A stretch of DNA of 64,000 bases from Sphyrna mokarran (lineage: Eukaryota), in contig JAGIQG010000013.1 in assembly GCA_024679065.1 (NCBI GenBank), positions 53,072,001-53,136,000 on the forward strand, given 5' to 3'. The position numbers and the translations under genes are program-made. This document shows, one piece after another, positions 1 to 13,134 of the stretch. Under the pieces are notes generated by a model, which searched no databases, was not told the origin of the DNA, and saw only the letters and a list, made by a program, of their open reading frames with translations. The stretch's first letter is position 1. The number at the start of each line of letters is the position of its first letter.

Positions 1-1039
1 AATGAGGAAACTTGGAAATCAAGTTAGATAGTCATGGTTACAGTCAGTGACAAACTGATGTCAAAGTGCCAAGATAAGTGATAGAAAAGATATATAATAG
101 CATGTAACAGAGGTGTGAAAATTTGTGAGAAAATTGAGGCATAAAAAGATTTGTTAAAGATTAAAAGAACATTACCCTGTATGAAATGAAGCTGTACATA
201 CCAAAAACCTGCAAGTTAAATCAGCACACTTTACAAAATCACAAGAGTTAGCTGCCTGAACTCAGGAGAAAATCTGGAAAAGTTCTCGTTCCTGACTGTA
301 ACCAAAAAACTCATACTTTGGAACCGAAAGGAGGGAGAATGCTAGTGCAAAAGAAACTACAACAAAAATAGTAATTTTAAAAGTGAATGATAGATTGCCT
401 GGTCTGAGAGAAGCCGAATGTTCTGCATTGAGGCAAATGCACGTATGGTATATTAAATAAGAGGAAAAAGGGGTTTTAAAATAGAGGAGAAAAGTCAAAA
501 TCTAAATCAGTCCCAAGGGTTACAACATTGAGTTCAGCAACTTTACGTTTTGACCTTTCTCTTCTAATCAAACACATGCTAGGATATTGTCACTGTACTA
601 AAGTGTTTTGCCCGTGCATGTTGGCGTAGATATATTATTGTGAAAGACTATTTGTAAGCACAAATGATTTTAATCTCCTAACTCCAAACAAAACCTAGAG
701 TCATCATGAAGGCAAGAAAAAAAATAGTAACCAGAGGAATGAGTGTTGACAAAGCTAAGCTGCAAACATTTATATTTTGGTCCAGTCCAAAGAAATGAAC
801 GTCGTATCATTTTCTGCATGAGAAATTAGTTGAGTGAAGGCAATTGTCTAAATTATGGGGGATTTGATCAGGAAGAGGAAAGTGACATCATTGGTTGGTG
901 CAGCATTACTTGGAGGACATAAATCTGATATCATCAGAAGAACAAAAGTATTTATCCAATCAGTTTCCAGAACACAAGGCGCCGCAAGAAACAAAGGTGC
1001 ATTCAGAAACCATAACAAAATGGAAGTGGATCAATTCAC

Positions 1040-1600
1040 ACTAAGAATATAACAAAAGGGACTGTTGACAATGGAATTAAGTAGAGAGCCATTTGGGAGA
1101 ACAGGAACAGGCACATTGATTAAATGGCTTCCCCCTGTGCTGCAAAATTTGCTAAGTCTAAGACAGCAAATACAAAGTGGTTTGTATTTGGACTTGCAAG
1201 CTACTTTGCTATCACACTAAAACTGACAAGATTTCGAGAGGACTTCACTTGATAGGCGTCAAAATGTTGTTTCTGCTGGCTGGGAATCAAGAACACTGTA
1301 GAATAGTCTCTGAATAAGAGGTCAATATCTTAAGACTCAGAGGAGAAAGTTTTTTTCCCCCCACTCAGGAGATTCTGAATATTTAAAATTCTTTACTCCA
1401 GAGGACTCAAGATGCCCCTCACTCATTGAATGTATTCAAGGCAGAGGTAGATTGACTTTTGAATTCTAGGGGAATCAGGGATATGGGATTCTGGTGGAGA
1501 AAGTAGAGTTGGGATTAGAAAGAGACCGCGATTATACTTAAAAGGCAGAGCAAGCTCGGGGAGCAGCACGGCCTACTCCTAGTCTCATTTTCACATTACG
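1040..1600 (+). mobile_element. CR1-type LINE 3' end fragments (decayed)
   Basis: Typical CR1 ORF2-end and 3' UTR motifs (cattgaatgtattcaaggcagaggtagat ... ggcctactcct), preceded by a shorter tail fragment. Confidence 0.75.
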
Positions 1601-2169
1601 CTCCTTATTTTCTTCCACGCTAAATTTCACCATTAAATAACAGGTTATATATCTATCAGAGCTGTCATTGGACATTTCCATCCTGCTAGCCTCATGATGA
1701 ATCGCCTTACACTTAGAAGCTCTGTCAGACCACTACAACTCTGTTTTCTAATAAATTACATATTCCTTTTCAATGTCAGTATTAAAATTGTTGGCATTAT
1801 AAATAAGACATCAATGCGATAAATCCATAGGCATTTCACAGTAAGCAAAATGTTGAAAAGCTGTTAATTTTGAGCCAGAAAGGTAAACCAATAATTCTGC
1901 TGCACAAATCTAAAGTCTTAACGAAAATATTAAACAAGATAAGAATACTGAGTGCTGATAGGAAAAAGTACCATGGATTGGTAAAAGGAAAAAGAGAAAA
2001 GGCCAAAATAGCACATGCTGTGAAAAGAATAGAAAGGAAAGGACTTCCATTTAGAAAACATAACCTCCATAACCTCAAGATAGCCCAGTTCTTCACAGCT
2101 AATGAAATACTTTTCATGTGCAAAGCAGGAAACATGACAATAAATTTGTACGTAGCAAGATCCCATAAA

Positions 2170-2455
2170 TAGCAATAGGTTGACAGGATTAATGATGTTT
2201 GATAAGAGATAAATATAGGCCAGGATGCTGGGGAAAACTTCCCTGCTCTTCTTCATATACTGCCATGGGATCATTTGTGACCATTTTAAAAGGATAGATG
2301 TTGGCTAGTTTTAATGTATTTCCTGAATGAGGAAAAATATGATACTGCACTGAAGTATATGTTTGGATTGTATGCACGAGTCTCTCAAGTGAGGCCTGAA
2401 CCCATTACCATTGGATATAGAAGCTGAAGTGCCATGATGGACCAAGGTTGACACG
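2170..2455 (-). mobile_element. DeuSINE (SacSINE1-like), decayed
   Basis: Reverse complement of the Deu domain (ccctgctcttcttc...tgccatgggatc) and of a tRNA-like head (aagtgaggcctgaaccc). Confidence 0.7.
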
Positions 2456-2459
2456 CATA

Positions 2460-2680
2460 ACATGGGGAATTAGAGGGACATAGGGTTAGTTCAGGAAAGA
2501 AGCGTTGATATAGATGATCTAATTGAATGATGAAGGAGGCTTGAGCAGACAAATGGTCTATTCCTGCTCTTATGCTCTATGGGAATATAGTATTGAGATC
2601 GAGGATCAGCCATGATCATATTGAATGGCAGAGCATACTTGTAGGGCTGAATGGGCTACTCATGACTCTAGTTTTTATGT
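2460..2680 (+). mobile_element. Two tandem CR1 3' tails
   Basis: Two copies of gatc..attgaatg...gaatggNctaNtcNtgct. Confidence 0.65.
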
Positions 2681-2689
2681 TCCAATCTC

Positions 2690-3360
2690 AACCAAGAGAG
2701 AATCTCCCTTGAAATTTAATGGCATTACCATCGCCAAATTCCTCACTATCAACATCCTGGGGGTTATCATTGACCAGAAATTGAACTGAACCTGCCACAT
2801 ATACAGTGGCTAAAGAAGCAAGTAAATCATCTCTTGACTCCCCAAAAACTATCTATAAGATATTCTATCACACAGCAGTGTGATAGAATACTCTACAATT
2901 GCCTTGAATACAGTTCCAACAACACCCAAGGATAAAGCAGTCTGCTTGATTGGCAATCCATCCACCCCTTGAACTTCAACTCCCTCCCCACTGACACTCA
3001 GTGGCAGTCATCTACAAGATACATTGCAGCAAGTTCACCAACGCTTCTTTGTCAGCACATCCCAAACATATGACCTCTACCACACACAAAGCCGAAGACA
3101 GCAGATACATGGGAACTCCATCATCTGCAGCTTCCCCTCCAAGCCACACACCATCTTGACTTGGGACTATATCACCAATTCTTCACTGTCGCTGGGTCAA
3201 AATCCTGGACTCTTCTAAATGGCACTGTGGGTGTACTTAGACCACATGGAGTGCAACTATTCAAATAGGCAGCTCACTATCAGTTTCACAAGGGAATAAG
3301 GATGGACAATAAATGCTGGCCAAGCCAGTGATGCCCACATCTGGTGAATGAATAAAAGAA
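2690..3360 (+). mobile_element. CR1/L2-group LINE 3' portion (second family)
   Basis: INILGVIIDQKLN-like RT end and 3' tail aataaatgctggccaagccagtgatgcccacatc. Same family as 22845-24290. Confidence 0.75.
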
Positions 3361-3639
3361 AGAAAACACCTCTACCTTGAAGTGTCCATTCAATCTCCCG
3401 TACCTGCCTTAACAGGGCCCACCTTGCCTAGAACGGCTGCCAGTTAAGTATAAGTGCAGACCTTTTTATTCAACCTCCTATTCTCCTATCTAGTGGCCAC
3501 CCTTCATTGGATTGGGCTTCCTGAGGGTTTTCTTTAAGCAATTCTTCACACCCACACTTTTTTTAAACCCCTTCGTGGAGGAAGTAATGGAAAGATCCCT
3601 CAAGCTGATTATGAATCCACTGAACAAGGCTTCCCTCCC

Positions 3640-3905
3640 GAGGTGGATGGCACAGTGGCAAACACTGCTGTTTCTGAGTGCCAGGCACTCAGTTCAATTC
3701 CAGCCTCAGGTCTCTGTCTGTGTGGATTTCCTCTGGGTTCCTCTCACACTCCAAAGATGTGTGGGTTAGGTTGATTGGCTATGCTAAATTGCCACTAAGT
3801 GTCAAGAGGATTGTCAGGGTAAACTGGTGGATTTACAGGGATGGGGCCTGGGTGGGATTGTTGTTGGTGCAGATTTGATGGGCCAAGGATTTTATGATTC
3901 TAACC
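3640..3905 (+). mobile_element. HE1 SINE (V-SINE)
   Basis: tRNA-like head ggcacagtgg, V domain ccaaagatgtgtgggttaggttgattggctatgctaaattgcc, CR1/HER1-type tail. Confidence 0.88.
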
Positions 3906-4355
3906 TTATAAAATATAGACCATAGACTATTATATAAATAGCAGACATCATATCCTTGTGGAAAAGAAGCTAGAATTAGAATCTCTCAAAGATAAATCAT
4001 CAGTCTGACATCAAGAGAGAGTAAAAGGAACAGTAATAATTGAGTGAAACACGTGATTGAAGATGGTCAAAAGCACATTGCTTTTAATTAATTAAACGTG
4101 GCTCACAGCATCCTACTATTTCTGCACTGATTCAAAATGGTACAATGTCATCTCTGTCTCATGTGTACACAAAGGGAATGAGATGTCAACCAGAACTCAA
4201 AGCAAACCTATGTTTTGATATTCAAACTAAATACAATATTTTATCAATTATTTTGCAACCATGTTAGCATGTGGCTTGAAGCCAAATTAGCAAATGATTG
4301 TTTCATACTAAAGAGATTTGGAAATCTGTCCAGGATAGATAATACATTTACTTAC

Positions 4356-4537
4356 TTGCTTTGTCTCTCCATGCTGGCTACCCTGAGATTTTCCCACCGG
4401 GAGTTCAGCAAGTTCATCTGTTCTCGGATTTCATTTTCTTCATCTTCTGTTAATTTTCCTTCTGCAATTAGCTGATTCCCAGCCTGTAGAATGTTACCCA
4501 CACTACCTTGATGTGCTGTTAACTCCATCATAAAACC
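4356..4537 (-). CDS. dmd: Dystrophin exon 11 (spectrin repeat 1, C-terminal half)
   Basis: tttttgacag|GGT...AGCAA|gtaagt. 182 nt, same as human exon 11. Translates [60 protein letters not shown]; human is [60 protein letters not shown]. Confidence 0.97.
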
Positions 4538-4865
4538 CTGTCAAAAACATGAAGTAAAACATGCATAGGCATGTGACATTCCAACAAATAGAAAATCAAC
4601 AATAAAAGGAAGCTTCATTGTTGCCAAATTAAGTTGCAAAAGTATATTGACTTTGGTGAGTGTAAATTGCAACTCAACAACAATTTTTAATTTATTTTGG
4701 ATCCTTAATACCCAAATAAAAAATTCCAAGGTGCTTCACAAAGCTAAGGGATATTAACCAAATGAGGATATGTTAGAAGAGATATCTTCATATTTATGGC
4801 TTAAATAAGTAGCATGGAATAAGTACCTCCCTATTCCCACCTTAAATTTTAGCTAATGCACTTAC

Positions 4866-5054
4866 CTCATGGGCATGAAACTGCTCTTTGACCTCCTCCA
4901 CATCATCAGAGACCCTGCTCTGAGCCTGCAGTGAATCCTCAGCTGAAAGCAACCAGGTTAGGACTACCTCTAATGCAGTCTGGTAGCCATCAAGATCCAC
5001 TTCTGCTTCCATCAGTAGGCTTCCAGCTGGCTTCTCTACCGAGGGCTCTGAGAA
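4866..5054 (-). CDS. dmd: Dystrophin exon 10 (end of hinge 1, start of spectrin repeat 1)
   Basis: cattgaatag|TTC...CATGAG|gtaagt. 189 nt, same as human. Translates [63 protein letters not shown]. Confidence 0.97.
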
Positions 5055-7959
5055 CTATTCAATGTGAAGAGAGAGGAATTTCTTCAATTAAAAACAGGTC
5101 AAGTGTTCAACTACATTAGCTAAATAATCAAGACAATTACATTATATATGAAACTAGAAAGGAATTAGGATCTACTTTCATTTTCTTACCATCTCTAGAG
5201 AATTTGTTCTAAATTCAAGAGCTAGTTATTAATAGCTGATAATTCTTATGCTTACTTATCCCTTTTCATATTCAGAAAAGGATATGATTGGATTCTGCAC
5301 TATTCATTACATTGTTTATTCATAAATACAAGAACCATTTTAATTACACAATACGTCCATACTGATTAATCTTTCTGAGACTTAGCAGTTTTGCAATTTC
5401 ACTTAAATAAAACAAACAACCCATTCAACCTTTCACTTTTAAGAAAAAATTAAGTTTTTCACAAGAATATTGAACTGGGTTTTGCCTCTGGCATAGTTAA
5501 CATCATCATCATGATTCTGGGTATGGTTATAGAAGTAAAACAACAACTAAGCTTCCAACCTACATTCCAACAGCACCTCTCTCCACTATTTCACCCATTG
5601 TCATCCATTTCCCTTCCCTCCTATCCTTCTCTATTTCCATCACCAGAGTCAATGGGTTGGATTTAATCAACCCACCCCAATCTCACCTACTGATCGGAAA
5701 ACTACAGACCAAGTGCTGGAAAATTAAAATTTTTGGCGGCAGTGTAGAGTTGATGGGCCAAAAGGTGTCCTTTTGTGCTACATAACCTTCAGACACTCAA
5801 TCAGCCTTTCCTGGAATTCAGGAACCTGGCAGCAGAAATACTACCTACCAATAATTGCCCATCAATTAGAGGCTGGCATCTTGCCAATGCCACCAGAGAC
5901 CCAGGATCACTATGGACCCCAGGTCTAAGGTAATGAGAGTAGGATAGGGATTCTGGGTGGGAGTCACTGGAATGATTTTTGGGGGATTAGAGACAAGGGT
6001 AGTGGGGAAGCTTTAAGTGGGCACCCCCTTCCTGATGCCAGATCTCTCTGTCAGGCACTATGTGCCTGATAATGAGGGATGCAGAGAAATAGCAGAATAG
6101 TTAATCAGAGAATGTTTTAACAAATGGACAGTGTCCATGCTTGTCACAATTTTCTGTTTGTATTTCCTGAGTCCTCTTGGATCAACTGAAAAATTACCCA
6201 TTTGCACATAAACAAATAATTTCGAAACACTAATTCAGTAAGGGATAAGAGGTAAAACTAATATTGAAAGAATCAATATTCCAATTGTACTACCCAAAAG
6301 TCTACTAATTTTTAACAAGATAATAAATTCCACTTCAGTTTCATCTTTCTCCCCCCATACATTGGGCAAATGGGCTAAGAGACCAGAAACCCCTTGTCAG
6401 AACAGTCCTGTGGCATAATAAATGCAGCAGGCTGAATGTTTGGGTGGAACTTTAATTCAGCAAAGTTTTGTCCCTTTGTAGCATTGCTGGACATGTTACC
6501 ATTTTCTAGAATTAGTGTATTTTCATCTGATGTTAATTTACAGGTTTAAATCTTCCCCTGTTAATCAACCCTATGCAAGGTGAACACAATCCTTCTGCAC
6601 AGCTCTGACATTTCCAAAAATTTATTCCACCGCTCCAGAAACTTGAAACACACCTTTCTACAACTTATAGATGCCTCTTACGTTGCTATGCACATGGCAT
6701 TGGAAATAATTGTGCAATTGTTGCCCTTGAGTTCCTGCTGTTCAATTTTGGTTCTTTCACACTCTCTCTGCATGATCTCTATTGTAGTATTTCCTGTATT
6801 ACTGGTTTTGACATGAATAACAACATCAAACTGATTGCATCCTTTTCAAAGAAATTAGCCCACCTACTGTGTTATGTAACTTACTCTGGCACCTGCAAGG
6901 CAACATCAATCAAGACTTGAGCTCAATTGCAAAAATCTAAACCTATCTATCTCTTATATTGCTGCACAAATACTTGCTTGAAATGGTTACTTGATAAAGA
7001 GAGAGAACCTGGCCTGATTTTTTTGCTTCTCATCCTAGGGATGCACAGACTGAGTTTATCATTCCAACCACTCTGGCTGAGAATCAAATCTGGGACCTTT
7101 CTGATCTGTATCGCTTAATAATACAGCGATACTGTCGGCATTAAGGACCATCCAAAATTCAGCAGGAAGCCTTGATGGGTGGGTTAAAGTAAAACAGAAG
7201 TGATCTTTGATGAGTCAAATGGCCATTATATCTTCAATTATTTATGATTACACTGGGGGTGCATTTATCCTCCAGCTCATCATGTGTGCAATTAAAATTT
7301 TCAATGAACTTCTCTTGCAGCAAAAGCAACATCAGAAAGCAAACCTCGATTTTATCTTCTGACCTAACCCATTCTGCCTTTTGTTAAGTTTTGAAAAGTG
7401 TGTGTAAACAGTATCAATTAAAGTTGCCATTTGTTTCAAAGTTTGAATCCATATGCTCCATTCATCATGGAAAGCATGAATTAAACAAGCTGATGTTTTT
7501 AGCACCACTCGTATTTTAAACTATATTTCATACTTAAGTACCACATAAAAGTAAGCACAAACCCACAAAACACTGAATTATTTAAATAAGACACCAGTGT
7601 GTTCAATCTTCTCAATTGTATTTTAACGTCTCTTTCAAGTGCCAATATATAGACTAAAACATTTTAATAAGCCATATTATATATCAATGGATTCTTATTT
7701 AAACTCTACAGTGAAATGGTAAATATTCTTTTTTGCTGCCATTTTTATAAAGGAACATTTTGTGTAAAATGCATTTTAACATTTCAGTCATAATATTTCT
7801 CTACATGACTGAATGAAGAATTTCCCAGACAAATTAAATTGTAAAGGCTATTTGATGCATGAAGAACATGAAGATTTTAAAGTCTATATATATTTAAAAC
7901 TCCTACTATAGCACCCAATAAGTTACATAGTCTATTCACAGATAAACCAGCATAATGGT

Positions 7960-8281
7960 GAAGGCATGGCGACACAGTAGTTAGTGCTGCTGCCTCACAG
8001 TGCCAGGGATCTGGGTTCAATTCCCTGCTGGGCAACTGTGTGGAATTTTCACATTTTTCTTGCCTCTGCTTGGGATTCCCCCAGGCGCTTCAGTTTCCTC
8101 CCACAGTCCAAAGATATGTGGGGTAAGCAGATTGACCATGATAGATTGCCACTTAGTAGCAGGATGACTGGGTAGGGTAAATGCATGGGGTTATGGGGAT
8201 AGGGCCTGGGTGGGATTGTGGTCAGTGCAGACTCGATGGGCCAACTGGCCTCCTTCTGCATGGTAGGATTCAATGATCTAA
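7960..8281 (+). mobile_element. HE1 SINE (V-SINE), full length
   Basis: Head with B-box gggttcaattcc, V domain, tail gcagactcgatgggcc...ggattcaatgatcta. Confidence 0.9.
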
Positions 8282-9754
8282 CTAAAAAAATTGAAACATG
8301 CAGACAATTAAGTTCATTTTGGCAATTATTCAATGTTGAAGACAATAAATATTTCATAATTTCAAAAAGATTAACAAATATTCAATATTATTTACAGTAT
8401 TCCTAAGAACATTTTCTTTTCTTCCCTGCATTGATCATATTTAATGTAATCATGCAAATAGGCTGAAGAAAATCAACAAAATGTGCAAGCTTCATTTTGT
8501 CAGTAAAATATTTCTGAACTCACCTTCTACGTTTTGATCACTTAATTATTTCTGATATTTTAATTGAGTCAAAATGTTAGTGCAAATTATAAATTGGTAT
8601 TACAAATTAAATCCATGTAAAAGTCAGAAACAACTAAATGTCACATCCATTACTAGGCATGAAAGGTTCAGCCTAAATGAGAAAGATCATTTTAAAGTAG
8701 CAGTTAGGGATGAAGACTGAAGCAAATCTAAAAACACTTCAATGTTGTTAATTAGGGTCTGTTTGGGAAAAATTATTCCCAGTGCCAGAGAAACTAGAAT
8801 TAAAAATGGCAGCATACATGCAAGTGAGTCAAAGAAAAAGTCTTTGTATACCCAAAACACATTTTGTGCCTAGTGATTAGTACTAATGTGAGTTCACAGA
8901 GAGACTTGCACTTTGTTTGATATTGATATAGTCTATGGATTGGGAAGTATAAATAACCATTCTTGAACCTTGTTCATTTCACATTTCTTCAGTGATTGAC
9001 TGGAATGGGTAATACTTCAGTCCAGGTTGTCGAACGTGTTACCTACTCTATCACATACCCATATTAGTCTGTGTCATGCCCAGTAAAGGCACTCATTTTC
9101 ATAAATTTAAATATAGATTTTGCGTGAAAGTTTCAGACATGGTCTTTTATTTAAAATGAACATGAATGAACTGTTAAGATGGTGACCAAGGGTGAGTAAC
9201 CTTTGCAATTTCAACAGACCATCCAAGCTTTCAGAAAGTTGTGATCTATAACACCCTCTGATTTAAATTAACACGTCAAAATGAATGCTATCAATGGAAT
9301 ACATACTTGCCACTGTTTTGGTTAAATCCCCAAACAAGTCCAGATTCTACAGCTGTTCATGCCACACTCCTGCTGCAATGTAGTCAGAGAATTTGGCACC
9401 CAGCTAAATCTCCACTCACTGAGCAGGATGGGAAACTCCCACCAGCATGAATGGCTGTAACTTTCTGGGCCATGTCTCTAACACTGAGTTCTTGGTAAAA
9501 ACCTATTCATCTTAAGTGTGAGAAAATCATTTGTTATCTCCATTATATAGTAACAGCTAGAGTTAAGTTACCAGGTGGCCAATGCTAGAATTGTGCCAAA
9601 AACAGGAGGAAACAATAAGTTGTTACCCGAAGATGCAAAAAAATCTGGGCAGTCTGCAAAAGAACACCAAAAGAGACAGTAACTGCAACAAAAGGCTGTG
9701 TAATCTTTGCCTTTAAGGGCCAGAAGAGCCTCCCATTATGATTCCAAAACTCTA

Positions 9755-9867
9755 GGGTTGGGATTATCTGGCCTTGCTCACCATGAAACCAGAAAATCCC
9801 TTTCAATGGTTTGCCCCTCACCCACTCTGATTCCCGTACTGAGCAGGACACTAAAATTCACCCCCCC
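9755..9867. mobile_element. Short MITE (Harbinger-like termini)
   Basis: gggttgggattatc...aaaattcacccc. Interior resembles 24622-24743 and the reverse complement of 47059-47183. Confidence 0.55.
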
Positions 9868-11147
9868 ACGTCAATTTGTAAATAAGTTTGAACTCCTAAT
9901 ACAAAAACCGAGGTACCTAACTTTGTGACTTGCAGAACAATAATCTCTTTGAGGAAATTCTGCAACTATCAGATATCTGACTTCAGCTATTTGAACCAAT
10001 CTAAACTACAATTCAAGAGTTGAAAAAGATTTCTTTTTAATGGACTGTTCTTCGATCATAAATCTAACATATGAATTATTAACTCTTCTTTTCCTTTAAC
10101 TTGTTGTGGTTGGAGAAGGAATGGCTGCAACAATGATTTAACAACAATATTGGTAATGATAGCTTTAAAATGGCTATTCTGGCTGAGAGTGAAGCATGCT
10201 GGGAATTTTAGTCAAGTAGTAGATTAAAACCAGATGCAGGTTGTAAAGAGGCTTTGGTCTGGGAGCTATGTTCTGAAGCTTCTTGTATTGGTCAGATCAA
10301 GGAAATTGTTTACATTAACTGAGGCAGCGTGGCTCTGATTTATGGCTACTATGTATGGGACACGTAAAATGAGCTAAGCATCAGGGCTTCATTCAAAAGT
10401 AATTTCACTAGATGTTTGAGACACATGACCAGTTTCTGGTAACACAATTGGCTGAATGAGAGAATCTTCCAGAAGCAAGTGGAGAATTGTGGATAAAAGA
10501 CACACGAGTCCTTTGTTTGGCATCAATAACGCCAAGAGAACAACCATCACAACATTTCCTTGTACCCTGAAGGAAACTTTGAAGAGAACCAGAGGGTAGA
10601 TACTATATCAAGGATATTTCTTGGCCCAGGTTTTCCTAAACTCAGTAGTATCTATTTTCACTTAAATAGTTAAAATTGATGTTCAGTTAAAATTCAGTAA
10701 GAAGTTAACGAGTTGCAATTGTTTGAGTTGGTATTAAAAGCGTTAAATAAAGAAATAATTGAATTACCGTCCTTGTATATCTCATTAAGCTGGAATGCTT
10801 GGCAGCTGTTTAAACTGAAGCTATATAACATTGTTATTTTGGTTGCACTAATAGCAGTGTACTATCATCTTTCATTGTATTTTTTTCAACGTTAGTTGTG
10901 GGAAGGAGAATGTACTTAGATTTTCAGGGTGAATGTGTGAATAAATAATGCTCATTATTTAAATCCACAGAAGCTTGCTAAATTGTGATCCTTTCTTTCT
11001 AAATTGACCACACATTCCAGGAGCTAAAAACCATACTTATTTTCCTCTACAGAACCGCACTGATTATAGGCAGTGGGAAAGGACACAGGATTTCAGTTCA
11101 TCTTGCCATGATTTTCCCATGCTGCTGTGCTAATTTTGTAGCACAGT

Positions 11148-12103
11148 GGGCAAGAGATTCTCACGTCAGCTGAAATGCGGGGTACACGTGAGCATTTGCA
11201 CCCTGCTTGTGTCTCCCAGTTCCGGATTTCCAGGGCCCATGCTCCCCGCCAGAAATTTGCAGTGAGGCACCAAGATCATTTAAATATAATTTAAGTATTA
11301 TTAAGCAGGCACAGGACTGAAGTCTCCGGGGCCCGTTAACATTCACACCCCAGCCGGAGTATTTCATTCCAGCGGGGATTGCAATAGCAATCCAGTGAAT
11401 TTATCATGGTCAATTCACCTAACCTTCATATGTTTTGGACTGAGGAGGAAACTGGAGTAGCCAAAGGAAACCCACGCAGACAGAGGGAGAATGTGCAAAC
11501 ACCACACAGACACTGCCCCATTCCGAGAATTGAACTTGGTTCTCAGCACTCTGAGGTAGCAGTGCTAACTACTGTGCCAGTGGAGGATAATCAGGGCTCC
11601 CTGAGAGTCGGACAATGGGAAGGTGCCCCTTAAGCATTGGCAGCATCAGCATGTGCCCTTTGTATCTGCTTAGGGAGCACCCTGGCACTGTCCATCCAGC
11701 ATGGGGCAGTGCCAAGGGAGCAGAGCAATTGGGGGAGGGCTGGAAATCACAGCAGGCCAGAGGGACAGGGCTGTGCTTGGGAATGGTTGAGGGGGCTAGC
11801 AATGTATGGGTCACAAGGCTGGCCAGCGATTGACCTAGTCAGCAACTGGGAGGCCATCAGTGTGGGGCCACTGCACACGCATCAATCTCGGCACTGACAG
11901 ATCGGTACACGTGCAGTAGCCCATTCAGCACGTTGATTCCAGCCTTTCCACCCCCTGAAATTTAATGATATTCATGCTGGAGGCCTCTGCAGTGCATAGT
12001 GTGTTGGAGATTCTTCTCTAAGCTCCTGCTGAAAGAAACACGAATTACTCCAGTTTTCACACAAACTCAACATTTAGAATTTTTGGGGGGGAATTCCACC
12101 CCC
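11148..12103. mobile_element. GC-rich non-autonomous DNA transposon (PIF/Harbinger-like) with nested HE1
   Basis: Degenerate termini gggcaagagattctc / ggggaattccaccccc, flanked by AGT on both sides (11145-11147, 12104-12106). Confidence 0.6.
11390..11580 (-). mobile_element. HE1 SINE fragment
   Basis: ggaaacccacgcagacag...gaatgtgcaaac...gcagtgctaactactgtgcc. Confidence 0.85.
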
Positions 12104-13112
12104 AGTTCTGGAACTGATGAGGAGCCTTGCTAGTGTGCAAATCACTAAGAATCAGAGGATGAAGCTTTAAGCCCTCGTTACTCCTTTCAGCAGCTACTGC
12201 TCCATCTCCCTGTTGTGTTGCAGATCAAAAAGAGCTGCAGTAACAGCCAGCAAAGAAGCTCCAGATCACCAGTTCTTTGCTCCGCACATACACCTTGCTG
12301 CCAAATCAAGGAACTAACCACAATACTCCCAAAATGCTCCATGGCTTTTCCACAAACCTGGCAGTTGCAAAGACCAGTCAGAATCACCTTACCTGAGAGT
12401 TGGATGGCTGGTCCTGTAAATCGGGCTAAGGGCGAGGTTCCTCGTGCAACTGAATGCATATTATTTGGTGAGTGACAAGCAAATGCTATCAGCAGATGTG
12501 CATGATCCAAGGTTGGAATTGGTGCGTCAAATAAACCAGAAAAGCTGCCTGATGTCCCAATCTGACTGGAGGGGCAGCTTTCGGAATACGCATGGTACTT
12601 CAGTACCAACACACTGTGCAGCATGGGAAAGCTGGGTCAGCCATACAAGATGAGGGTGTTGCATAGTTCACTCGGAGGGTGGGCTTCTGTAGCTAGCTAT
12701 GCTGGAGAGCCTACGGAGCCAAGTTTTGGAGTCTAAGCATTTATGCTTTACATATTTGGGAATTTAATATTTCTTTGCGATATATTTATATACATAAAAA
12801 AAATGAAATGAGGTCAGGCATGCCCTGCAGAGAAGAAGGGGAAGACAAATCAGGTGAATCTGATGCACCTCCTCCCAGTCTGTTCATAGCAGCAGAATTA
12901 CAGGTCAGTTAGCAAACTGCCTCCCTGCTTTCTTTACCAAAGAGCAATGTGTGACATTGGGTCAATCAATGATAAATCAACCTGAAATTTTAATTACATT
13001 ACACGAAGCATTAAAGTCCAATTCCAGCACACAAGCTGTTCTCAAATTACTTGCCTAGTTCCTGCCACCAGCTGACTTTACAATTTCCTGATCTTGTTTA
13101 AAATGTTATTTC

Positions 13113-13134
13113 ATATATATATATATATATATAT
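13113..13134. repeat. (AT)11 microsatellite
   Basis: Read directly from the sequence. Confidence 0.95.

Noticed and set aside
6885-6892. ttgccttgcag|GTGCCAGA|gtaagt, a possible 8-nt microexon
   Set aside because: Not frame-preserving between phase-0 exons and has no other support.
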